Of a stretch of DNA of 32,000 nucleotides, positions 24,579 through 32,000 are shown piece after piece. Positions within the stretch are counted from its first letter, which is position 1. Each line of letters starts with the position of its first letter. The notes beneath the pieces are model-generated. The model searched no databases. It was given only the letters and a program-made list of their open reading frames with translations, and was not told where the DNA came from. Location: assembly GCA_030167145.1 (NCBI GenBank), contig CP126532.1, positions 4,620,001-4,652,000 on the forward strand, in the 5' to 3' direction. Source of the DNA: Ktedonobacterales bacterium (lineage in GTDB: Bacteria > Chloroflexota > Ktedonobacteria > Ktedonobacterales > JADMIN01). Position numbers and translations under genes: made by a program.

Positions 24579-26312
24579 CTACTTCGAGCGGCGGCCACCC
24601 AGCCGTGCGCGCAGTATGCCGCCGACCATGCGTAGCTCTTCGACACGCAACAGCGCCAGCAGTACGAAATACGCAGCGGAGCCAAGCACAGCGGCCACCA
24701 GGAACGTCAATGCCTGACCACTGCTATGCTGCTGGCTAAAAACAGCACTAAGCGACGGCAGGAAGGTCAGCGCCGCCCAGCAGATCGCCCCCATCACAGC
24801 GGCGGCGAGCAGAATGCGCGCCACACCGCCCAGCAGGTTGCGCATGCCGAGATTGCCAATGGCGAAGGTCAGCAGCACAAACAGTATGATCGCGTGGCTG
24901 GTGTTCTTCGCAGTATCGGCGAAGGCCAGTGCGGGCAGGCCGATGGTCAGGCCGAAAGGCAGCGCCACCAGCAGGTAGAAGCCAATGGATGCGACCAGCA
25001 CCAGGTTTGGCGTGAGCGTGTTTTTGCGCGCATAGAACGCGACGATGAGCAACTGATCCAGCACAATGAACGGCAGTTCGTAGGCGTAGTTCTGGATGGC
25101 GAGCGTGTTGCGATAGGTGCAGGAGGCGTCGCAGGTGCCGTGCTGGAATAGCATCCCCGCGATGGGCGCACGCAAGACATAGAGGCCCACCGCCGCCGGA
25201 ATCATCAGCAGCAACCCCAGGCGAATGCCCATCCGCAGGGTGCGCTTGAAGTCATCTTTGTCGGCACGGTTGGCGGCAGTGGCCAGTACCGGCAACACCG
25301 CGAACGAGAGCGCGGCGGCCACCAACCCCACGGGGAACTGTGTCAGTGTCGTGCCGGTCTGGAGCGCGGTCGAATTCTCGGCGCCGCCGCCGGGCGAGTG
25401 CGCCCAGAGATACGTGTCGAGCACCTGCTGCGCGATACTGATGGCAAGGCCGGCCAGTAGCGGGACATAGAGCCGCATGATCTGGCGCACGCCCGGATGG
25501 CGTAGATCCAGTACCGGACGCCAGACCACGCGCACCCGCCGCAGCCCTGGTATCAGCAGCAGAAACTCGCCAAGGGTGCCCAGCGCCGCTCCGATGGCTA
25601 GCCCATGCGCGCTGGCCAGATGCGCCTGGGTCGCGGCGGCTGTGGTCACGGCGGGATTGGTCAGGTCGGACCACGACACCGCGAACTGACGCCCGGCCAG
25701 GGCCAGCGCCACGATACCGCAGAGCATGATGCTAATGTGGTAGACGCCGGTGGCGAAGGCTGGGAAGACTACCTCGCGCAGCGCGTAGAGCAGGCCAGAG
25801 GTAACGGCAAACAACCCCAACCCGAAGAGCGAGAACGCAATGATCCGCACCAGCGTAATGGTCAATTCCTGGCCACCCGCGCCGAACCCCGGTGGCACCA
25901 AAATCGGCACGAAATACGGCGCGCCAACGATCATACCAATGGTCGCCACTGCCAGGATAATCAGCACGAGATTGGCGACGCTGCTATACACGCGGCGCAG
26001 GTCTTCCTTGCGCTCCTCCGCGCTATAGTCCACGAATGTCGGGATCAGCGCGCCGCTGACCGTGCCGCCGGAGACGATCAGGTCGCTCACCTGTTGCACG
26101 GGGCGCAATGCGATCACGAACGCGCCGCTGGGGGTGCCGAAGAAGAAGGCGTTGAGCACGACCGTGCGCAAAAAGCCCAGGATGCTGCCGAGCAACTGAC
26201 CGATGGAGATAATACCGGCGGTGGCGATCAGCTTGCGCCCACCGCTCCCCTCACGCGCTGCAGCTTCGGTCGCGGCTTCCACCGTCTCTACGCTCTCAAC
26301 ACTTTCGTTCAT
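24579..26312 (-). CDS. murJ: lipid II flippase MurJ/MviN (MOP superfamily)
   Basis: About 14 TM segments and a 577-aa length. The N-terminal region (SIGQLLGSILGFLRTVVLNAFFG) is typical of MurJ. It lies 16 nt downstream of rfaE2. Confidence 0.82.
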   Translation of the reverse strand: MNESVESVETVEAATEAAAREGSGGRKLIATAGIISIGQLLGSILGFLRTVVLNAFFFGTPSGAFVIALRPVQQVSDLIVSGGTVSGALIPTFVDYSAEERKEDLRRVYSSVANLVLIILAVATIGMIVGAPYFVPILVPPGFGAGGQELTITLVRIIAFSLFGLGLFAVTSGLLYALREVVFPAFATGVYHISIMLCGIVALALAGRQFAVSWSDLTNPAVTTAAATQAHLASAHGLAIGAALGTLGEFLLLIPGLRRVRVVWRPVLDLRHPGVRQIMRLYVPLLAGLAISIAQQVLDTYLWAHSPGGGAENSTALQTGTTLTQFPVGLVAAALSFAVLPVLATAANRADKDDFKRTLRMGIRLGLLLMIPAAVGLYVLRAPIAGMLFQHGTCDASCTYRNTLAIQNYAYELPFIVLDQLLIVAFYARKNTLTPNLVLVASIGFYLLVALPFGLTIGLPALAFADTAKNTSHAIILFVLLTFAIGNLGMRNLLGGVARILLAAAVMGAICWAALTFLPSLSAVFSQQHSSGQALTFLVAAVLGSAAYFVLLALLRVEELRMVGGILRARLGGRRSK

Positions 26313-26328
26313 GCTCTTTTTTCGCCCT

Positions 26329-26919
26329 TCAGGTGGCGTCAGGTGTACTGTAGCGGCTCAGGATGCGCTGGATCAACTCGGTCGTCGAATGGCCAGGCAG
26401 ATAGCGCAGCAGCGCCAGCGACCCGCCGTAGCCCGCGACGGTCGGCGCTTCGGGCAACCGCGTCGCCAGCCTGGCTAGCTCTGGATAGTCAGCGGTGTCG
26501 CCCGCCAGCACCAAACGCAGCGCCTCCGCCGTAAGCCGGTAATCCCGCGTCCGGTTTGCGTCACCGGCATAATCCGCGCCTTTGGCGTAGATCGCGGGCC
26601 GCAGCGCCGCAATGACAGCGCTGGCTGTATTCTCCCTGAAGATGGTCACATAGTCAACGCAGGCTAGCCCGCTGAGCAGTTCCGCGCGCTCGTCTTCGGC
26701 CACCAGTGGGCGTGCGGGTCCTTTGAGCGCGCGAGTAGAATCATCGCTATTTACCGCGACGACCAGGAAATCGCCAAGGGCGCGCGCTGCCTGGAGATAA
26801 CGCAGATGGCCGAAGTGCAGCAGGTCGAAGATGCCGTTGGTCAGCACGGCACGCTCGCCCTTCGCCTGGCGCTGCGCCACAACCTCCCGCAGGTGGTCGA
26901 ACGGCAGAACCTGCCCCAT
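26329..26919 (-). CDS. rfaE2: D-glycero-beta-D-manno-heptose 1-phosphate adenylyltransferase (RfaE domain II, cytidylyltransferase fold)
   Basis: Nucleotidyltransferase HxGH motif NGIFDLLHFGHLRYL, then VAVNSDDS and a C-terminal GHSTTELIQRI. The start is 3 nt after the stop of the upstream kinase fusion. Confidence 0.75.
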   Translation of the reverse strand: MGQVLPFDHLREVVAQRQAKGERAVLTNGIFDLLHFGHLRYLQAARALGDFLVVAVNSDDSTRALKGPARPLVAEDERAELLSGLACVDYVTIFRENTASAVIAALRPAIYAKGADYAGDANRTRDYRLTAEALRLVLAGDTADYPELARLATRLPEAPTVAGYGGSLALLRYLPGHSTTELIQRILSRYSTPDAT

Positions 26920-26922
26920 CGT

Positions 26923-28947
26923 TCAGTCCTCCACCTGCGCCACAATGGCGGCGGATAGCTCGTCGGGTGTGTTGGTCGCGCAGCCAATCAGCCGTACCAC
27001 ACGTCCGGCGGCGATATTCGCCAGCAGCGCCGCCTCGGCCATCGTCGCGCCCGCTGCTAGCGCCAGCGTGAAGGTCGCGGCGACGGTATCGCCCGCGCCG
27101 GTGGGATCGGCGACGGCGGTTAGATTTGATGCGGGGATGTGAATCGGCGGCTGTCCGCGCTCGAAGAGGCTCATGCCCTCGCTGCCCCGTGTGATGAGCA
27201 CTCCCCGCGCCTGCGTCTCTTCCAGCAGTCGCGCGCCTGCATGTTCCAGGCTGACGCGGTCGGTGATGCGTATGCCGAGCGTCGCCTCGGCCTCTGGCTG
27301 GTTCGGTGTGAGCGCGGTCACGTTCTGGAAGCGGGCGAGGTCGCCGTGGGAATCTACGATAATCAGCTTGCCATGCGCCCGCGCCAGCGGCAGCGTCGCC
27401 TCGATGATTGCCTTGTTGATGACCCCACCATCGTAGTCCGAGAGAATCAGCGCATCCACGGTGGGGATCATCCGCTGCAAATAGGCGATCATCCGCTCAA
27501 TGCAGTCATCACTTGGCTCCGAGTCGTCCACGCGGTCAACGCGGACGATCTGCTGCTGGACGAGTTGTGTGCCACCGGCGAGAATGCGTGTCTTGGTAGA
27601 GGTGGGCCGCCCTGGCTCATTGAACAGCCCGTCCATATGGACGCCATGACCCCGCAGCACCGCGCACAGCCGCTGCCCCGGCTCATCGTCGCCGACGACC
27701 CCCGCCAGGAATACCTCAGCGCCGAGCGTGCGCGCATTGACGCCCGGATTGGTCGCCCCGCCGGGGACGGTGAACTGGTCGGCGTGCCGCAGAATCAGCA
27801 CCGGTGCCTCGCGTGAGATGCGCTCTGGCGCGCCCACGATGTACTCATCCGCGACCATATCCCCCGCGACGAGCACCCGCTTGCCCGCAAAGCGCCGCAC
27901 CAGCGCCAGCAGTCGCTCACGCCGCGCATATCCCATTCGAGCGTTGCGCCCATTCGCGCTATTGTGCTGCTCTGGCTGCGATGGCTGCGCCTGCGCTGTG
28001 ATATCCGCGTCGTCGCGCGTCTGTTCTCTGCCGTCCAAAACCGACTCCCACCCATGTTCATGTCTCAGCCACAACTGTAGTGATTCACCGCCCGCCGCCA
28101 GCGCGAACGCTGGCAGCGCCAGCATCCGCCGCCAGCGCCACGGCTCCCGCCAGAGCCGGTAGAGCCATTCCAGCCCACCGCGTCGCATCCAGCCAGGCGC
28201 GCGTGGCACGCGCCCAGCAAGAAAATCGAACGCGCCGCCGACCCCGACCGCCACTGCCGCGCCGAGTTCCCCGCGCGTGCGGGCGATCCAGCGCTCTTGC
28301 GCGGGCGAGCCAAACGCGACGAAGATCAGATCCGCGCCAGATGCGCGAATGCGCGCCGTGATCTCACCCTCGCGCTCTCGCACGGGTGAGCCAGCGCATG
28401 CGCCCACGATGCGCAGCCCCGGATGCTGCTCGCGCAGCCGCGCGCCTGCCAGTTCCGCGACGCCGGGGGCCGCGCCGAGCAGATATAGCCCCCAGCCACG
28501 CGCGGCGGCCAGTCCTGCGATGGCGTCGAGCAGGTCTACGCCGGTCACACGCTCCGCCAGTGGCATGCCGCGCAGCCGCGCGGCCCAGACGACACCGATA
28601 CCATCGGGGACGACAAGATCAGCGCCCGCAATCGCCTCGCGCAGCGCCGCATCCCGTCGCGCGGCCATCACTATCTCTGGGTTGAGCGTAACGATCTGAC
28701 GGGTGCCGATACCTTCCCCTGGTGAAGGAGAGGAAATCAGCCTCCGGTGCGACTCTACGGTAGCAGCCAAGAAATCCAGCGCTTGCACTGGCGTGACGGC
28801 GTCCACACGCAGACCCAGCAGCGCGAAGCGAACCGTGGCGATATCGCCAGCGGATTGGATGGTGTTGACCATCGCTTCGGTTTCGCTTCCCCGCGTCCGT
28901 TGCTGCCGTGGCAGCGGGCCACCCATCGCTGGCCCTCTCTTCGGCAT
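26923..28947 (-). CDS. fusion protein: WecB/TagA/CpsF-family (GT26) glycosyltransferase + PfkB-type heptose-7-phosphate kinase (RfaE domain I)
   Basis: The N-terminal half carries TLNPEIVMAA...ADLVVPDGIGVVWAARL...FVAFGSPAQERW (GT26). The C-terminal half has the PfkB ribokinase pattern (KRVLVAGDMVADEYI...DPTGAGDTVAA). There is a single frame with no stop. The linker is at roughly aa 290..337. Confidence 0.8.
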   Translation of the reverse strand: MPKRGPAMGGPLPRQQRTRGSETEAMVNTIQSAGDIATVRFALLGLRVDAVTPVQALDFLAATVESHRRLISSPSPGEGIGTRQIVTLNPEIVMAARRDAALREAIAGADLVVPDGIGVVWAARLRGMPLAERVTGVDLLDAIAGLAAARGWGLYLLGAAPGVAELAGARLREQHPGLRIVGACAGSPVREREGEITARIRASGADLIFVAFGSPAQERWIARTRGELGAAVAVGVGGAFDFLAGRVPRAPGWMRRGGLEWLYRLWREPWRWRRMLALPAFALAAGGESLQLWLRHEHGWESVLDGREQTRDDADITAQAQPSQPEQHNSANGRNARMGYARRERLLALVRRFAGKRVLVAGDMVADEYIVGAPERISREAPVLILRHADQFTVPGGATNPGVNARTLGAEVFLAGVVGDDEPGQRLCAVLRGHGVHMDGLFNEPGRPTSTKTRILAGGTQLVQQQIVRVDRVDDSEPSDDCIERMIAYLQRMIPTVDALILSDYDGGVINKAIIEATLPLARAHGKLIIVDSHGDLARFQNVTALTPNQPEAEATLGIRITDRVSLEHAGARLLEETQARGVLITRGSEGMSLFERGQPPIHIPASNLTAVADPTGAGDTVAATFTLALAAGATMAEAALLANIAAGRVVRLIGCATNTPDELSAAIVAQVED

Positions 28948-29073
28948 ACTACGCCTCGATCACGCGCTGGCCCCTGTCATGCATATGTCGCGCTGATACC
29001 GGCTTAGTATAACATAGGCCAGACGCGCCCCCCAGCACGAGAGTGCAATTGGCCGGAATGCACGGCGAGTGCG

Positions 29074-29079
29074 TACAAT
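29074..29079 (+). promoter_or_regulatory. -10 candidate TACAATAGG upstream of larE
   Basis: TACAAT lies 62 nt upstream of ATG 29141. It has the same TACAATAGGC context as at 13437. Confidence 0.3.
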
Positions 29080-29140
29080 AGGCAATGGACTGGCACATCA
29101 CGGCTACATCCCGGCGCTACAGAGAGGAACGCGAAACCAC

Positions 29141-30031
29141 ATGGCAGGGCAGCAGCGAATCACGCATACCGATAGCAGTGCCGCCACACAGACCGATACG
29201 CTGAGTGCGGAGACAGCGCAGCGCTATGACCGCCTGCGCGACCTCCTGCGCGAGATGGGATCGGTGCTGGTGGCGTATTCGGGCGGCGTGGATAGCGCGC
29301 TGCTGCTGAAAGTGGCCGTAGATGTGCTTGGCGAGCGGGCGGTAGGCACGCTGGCATCCTCAGAAGCCTATGACGACGAGGAGACAGCGGCGGCGGTCCG
29401 TATCGCGGAGGAGATGGGCGCGCGGCTGGTGCAGACACGCACCCGCGAACTGGAAGATCCGCGCTACGCGGCCAACGGCGCGGACCGCTGCTACTTCTGC
29501 AAGACCGAACTCTTTGACCATCTCGAACCAGTGGCGCGGGAGCTTGGCCTGGCGCAGATCGCCTACGGCATGAACGCCGACGACCGGGGCGACTGGCGGC
29601 CCGGCCAGCGCGCGGCCCGCGAGCGTGGCGTGCGCGCGCCACTGGATGAGGTCGGCATGGGCAAGCGCGAGATTCGTGAACTGGCGCGCTATTTGGGTCT
29701 GTCGGTCTGGGATAAACCCGCGCTGGCCTGCTACTCATCGCGCATCCCCTACGGCACACCAGTCACAGCCGAGGCGCTGGCGCAGATCGGCCGGGCTGAG
29801 CGTGCGCTACGCAAGCTAGGATTGCGCCAGGTGCGCGTGCGCCACCACGAGCAGGTCGCCCGCATCGAGATTGACCCCGCCGAGTTCCCGCGCCTGCTAG
29901 ATGCCGACCTGCGCGAGCAGGTTGTCGCCGAGGTGCGCGCGGCGGGCTATCTCTTCGTCACCCTGGACCTGCGCGGCTATCGCACCGGCTCGCTCAACGA
30001 GGCGTTGCTACGGAAGAACCGCACGGAATAG
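29141..30031 (+). CDS. larE: ATP-dependent sulfur transferase LarE family (PP-loop ATP pyrophosphatase, TIGR00268-like)
   Basis: PP-loop VAYSGGVDSALLL, CYFCK, and ALACYSSRIPYG (aligns with the LarE Cys loop). The start was set at ATG 29141. Confidence 0.8.
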   Translation: MAGQQRITHTDSSAATQTDTLSAETAQRYDRLRDLLREMGSVLVAYSGGVDSALLLKVAVDVLGERAVGTLASSEAYDDEETAAAVRIAEEMGARLVQTRTRELEDPRYAANGADRCYFCKTELFDHLEPVARELGLAQIAYGMNADDRGDWRPGQRAARERGVRAPLDEVGMGKREIRELARYLGLSVWDKPALACYSSRIPYGTPVTAEALAQIGRAERALRKLGLRQVRVRHHEQVARIEIDPAEFPRLLDADLREQVVAEVRAAGYLFVTLDLRGYRTGSLNEALLRKNRTE

Positions 30032-30043
30032 CCGGACACGCTG

Positions 30044-31165
30044 CTATGCGCCGGTGATTTGCCGCCACGCCACATGCCACGATTGCCCGCCGTCGGTGGT
30101 TTGCAGGATGACGCCGCTGGTGGCACAGACAGCGCCCTGGCAGGTGTAGAACGGGCGCAACGCCGCCCAGCCAGTCGTATCGCCCGCCAGAACGAGTGTG
30201 CCGGTAGCGCCGAGTGTCAGGCTGGGCTGGGAGACGCTATAGCGGATCGGCGTCCAGGTGCGCCCCGTGTCGTGCGTGCCATAGAGTTGCGCGCCGTCGA
30301 GCAGCCAGCCATTCACACCGTGGAACGTGAACATTGGCGTGGGGTTGCCCTGGTCGGGCGTCGTGAAGTGAGCCGCGCGTGCCCAAGTGGCGCCACCGTC
30401 ATGCGTGGCGAGCAGATCAAGTGTGGTATTCGTGGCGATGGGCAGATAGCCGTCCCGTGCGCTGGTGAAGACTGGCAGCCCAACCGCGCTAGTCCCCGCC
30501 TGTACGATGATGCCGTCCGCAATCACGTGTTGCTGCCAGGTGTGACCGCCATCGTGAGTCGCATAGAGTTGATATGGCGCGGCGGTCACATTCGACCCCA
30601 CCAGCCAGCCAATGGACGGATCAGAGAAGTGAAAGGTACCCGCGACACTCAGCGTGGAGAGCCGCCGCCAGGTTGCGCCGCCGTCGCTGGTACCGTAGAG
30701 CGCGGAATCTTGGGCATTCATGGTTTGGCCAGTATTCACCAGCAGCCAGCCATGCCACGGGTCAAGAAACTGGATCGCCGCCGGGCTATATTGTGGTACA
30801 GGAACCCTGAGACGCACGCTGGTCCAGGTCGTTCCGGCATCCACGGTCTTGTAGATGGTGATAGCTGAGGCGGAATGACTTGCCGCGACCCATCCACGCG
30901 CGCTGGTGAGAAAGCTGGCGGCAACGGACGCGCTAGCGTCTATTCCCGATGGCGTGGCATCGCGCCAGGTTGCGCCGCCGTCGGCGGTCACAAGCACACG
31001 CCCGTTGACGACCGCTGCGCCAGACGACGTGAGGCTGGGCGGAGTCGCAAGCACTGGCGCGCGCAACGCCCCTGCTGTCACCTGCGCGCACCCGCTCAGC
31101 GTCAGCACCAACGCCAGCACAATCAGCGTGACACCTCCCACCATGTTCCCATGAAGTTTCCTCAC
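30044..31165 (-). CDS. BNR/Ycf48-like seven-bladed beta-propeller lipoprotein
   Basis: Seven S/TxDxGxTW repeats (TADGGATW, TVDAGTTW, TSDGGATW, THDGGHTW, THDGGATW, THDTGRTW, TTDGGQSW). Lipobox LTLSGCA. GTG start with TAGGAGG 8 nt upstream. Confidence 0.82.
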   Translation of the reverse strand: MRKLHGNMVGGVTLIVLALVLTLSGCAQVTAGALRAPVLATPPSLTSSGAAVVNGRVLVTADGGATWRDATPSGIDASASVAASFLTSARGWVAASHSASAITIYKTVDAGTTWTSVRLRVPVPQYSPAAIQFLDPWHGWLLVNTGQTMNAQDSALYGTSDGGATWRRLSTLSVAGTFHFSDPSIGWLVGSNVTAAPYQLYATHDGGHTWQQHVIADGIIVQAGTSAVGLPVFTSARDGYLPIATNTTLDLLATHDGGATWARAAHFTTPDQGNPTPMFTFHGVNGWLLDGAQLYGTHDTGRTWTPIRYSVSQPSLTLGATGTLVLAGDTTGWAALRPFYTCQGAVCATSGVILQTTDGGQSWHVAWRQITGA

Positions 31166-31250
31166 CCGAACCGCCTCCTATCACCTTTGCGTCCTCATAC
31201 TACTCCCTTCTTTATGACGCGACCGCAGACGGCAGTTGATGTGAACTTCG

Positions 31251-32000
31251 TCACACCAGCGCAGAATGGATGAAGGCAGCGCAGAGCGCGTGGAAGGTGG
31301 CGAGGCTGGTGAGGTCGAGCTGTTCGTCGGGGCCGTGCCAGCCGGAGCAGACGGGCTGGAAGATCAGCGTGGGGACGCCAGCGACGGCGAAGAAGCGCGC
31401 ATCCGATGCGCCCGCCTCGCGGCAGAGCGGCAGCGGCCCACCGGTGACACGGCTGGCGGCGGCTTGTACGTGGGTGACGTAGGGTGACGCGGTATCCAGC
31501 AGGAAGGGCGGCGCGTGCATCGTCACCTCGGCGCTAATGGCGTAGCGACGCAGGCGGCGCTGGAGGTCGGGAAGCAGCACAGCGAACGCATCGGGGCCGG
31601 TGGCGGGATAGCGGATGTCCAGGGTGGCTTCGGCGTGGGCGGGGATGCTGTTGCCCGCGTTACCGCCGTCCGAGACCTGGGTGAGCGCGATGGAGACACG
31701 CCAGTCGTCCTCGGCGCGGGGCGGTGGATAGGCGCGCAGCAGCGCCCGATAGCCCGCATACAGTTGTTCGAGCGCGTTCACCCCTAGCCACGGACGCGCC
31801 CCATGCGCCGCCGTGCCCTCAGCCGTCAGGCGCAGCCGCAACGCGCCCTTCTGCTCGGCGACCAGCCGCATATTCGCGCCGCCATCTGGCAGCAGCGCCA
31901 CGTCGGGACGCCAGGGTAGCTGGCCGAGGACATAGCCCGTGCCATGCATGCCACCATCCTCTTCGTCTGTCGTCAGCAGCAGGCCCAAGCCCGGCTGCGG
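31251..32000 (-). CDS. M20-family metallopeptidase (ArgE/DapE/CPG2-like), N-terminus beyond the window edge
   Basis: TTDEEDGGMHG metal-binding motif, a dimerisation-domain-like middle section, and C-terminal GASDARFF...GWHGPDE. The frame stays open to position 32000. Confidence 0.8.
   Translation of the reverse strand, partial: PQPGLGLLLTTDEEDGGMHGTGYVLGQLPWRPDVALLPDGGANMRLVAEQKGALRLRLTAEGTAAHGARPWLGVNALEQLYAGYRALLRAYPPPRAEDDWRVSIALTQVSDGGNAGNSIPAHAEATLDIRYPATGPDAFAVLLPDLQRRLRRYAISAEVTMHAPPFLLDTASPYVTHVQAAASRVTGGPLPLCREAGASDARFFAVAGVPTLIFQPVCSGWHGPDEQLDLTSLATFHALCAAFIHSALV

Noticed and set aside
24726-26534. Plus-strand ORFs (24726..25151, 25605..26534) antisense to murJ and rfaE2
   Set aside because: They are shadow ORFs with a biased Arg/Gly/Gln composition, and murJ fully accounts for the region.
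27934-27936. Internal ATG (MGYARRERLL...) that could start an independent RfaE kinase gene
   Set aside because: There is no in-frame stop upstream, so the GT26 reading frame necessarily continues into the kinase. No SD precedes this ATG. A fusion is the simpler reading.
1-32000. tRNA, rRNA, IS elements or prophage genes
   Set aside because: No T-loop or acceptor-like tRNA signatures were seen in the intergenic gaps. No transposase or integrase ORFs with terminal inverted repeats were seen. The only mobile-element-related gene is the solo Rpn-like CDS.

Overview
GC-rich bacterial chromosomal window, gene-dense, and mostly core or housekeeping genes. No rRNA, tRNA, CRISPR array or obvious transposon or prophage was seen. 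Confident calls: tilS-hpt, mazG (YabN-type methylase-MazG fusion), a parvulin PPIase lipoprotein, murI, a stand-alone receiver protein, a CCA-adding enzyme, an alpha/beta hydrolase, an Rpn/DUF4351 nuclease-like protein, a HAD hydrolase, a small GNAT-like protein, a CDGSH Fe-S protein, murJ, split rfaE heptose-activation genes, larE, a BNR-type propeller lipoprotein and a partial M20 peptidase. I found no clear novel system (no recognisable defence, toxin or secondary-metabolite hallmarks). The points most worth a second look are: (1) a tight two-gene operon of unrecognisable proteins at 20539..22865; (2) a diiron R2-like oxidase fused to an SCP2 lipid-binding domain, overlapping the cca stop by 11 nt; (3) a WecB/TagA (GT26) glycosyltransferase fused in frame to the RfaE heptose kinase, in an operon with rfaE2 and murJ; (4) an AT-rich left edge with divergent consensus promoters and a promoter-to-terminator unit lacking an ORF (sRNA candidate); (5) a ~400-bp intergenic block of nested repeats whose hairpin core GGAC-ATTCCT-GTCT recurs 18 kb away; (6) an S2P/M50-like membrane protein with HQLGH in place of HExxH. 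Protein-family calls rest on motifs I recognise by eye, and no database search was run. Start codons were refined from the ORF track using Shine-Dalgarno context. The track treats ATG, GTG and TTG as starts, and its coordinates include the stop codon.
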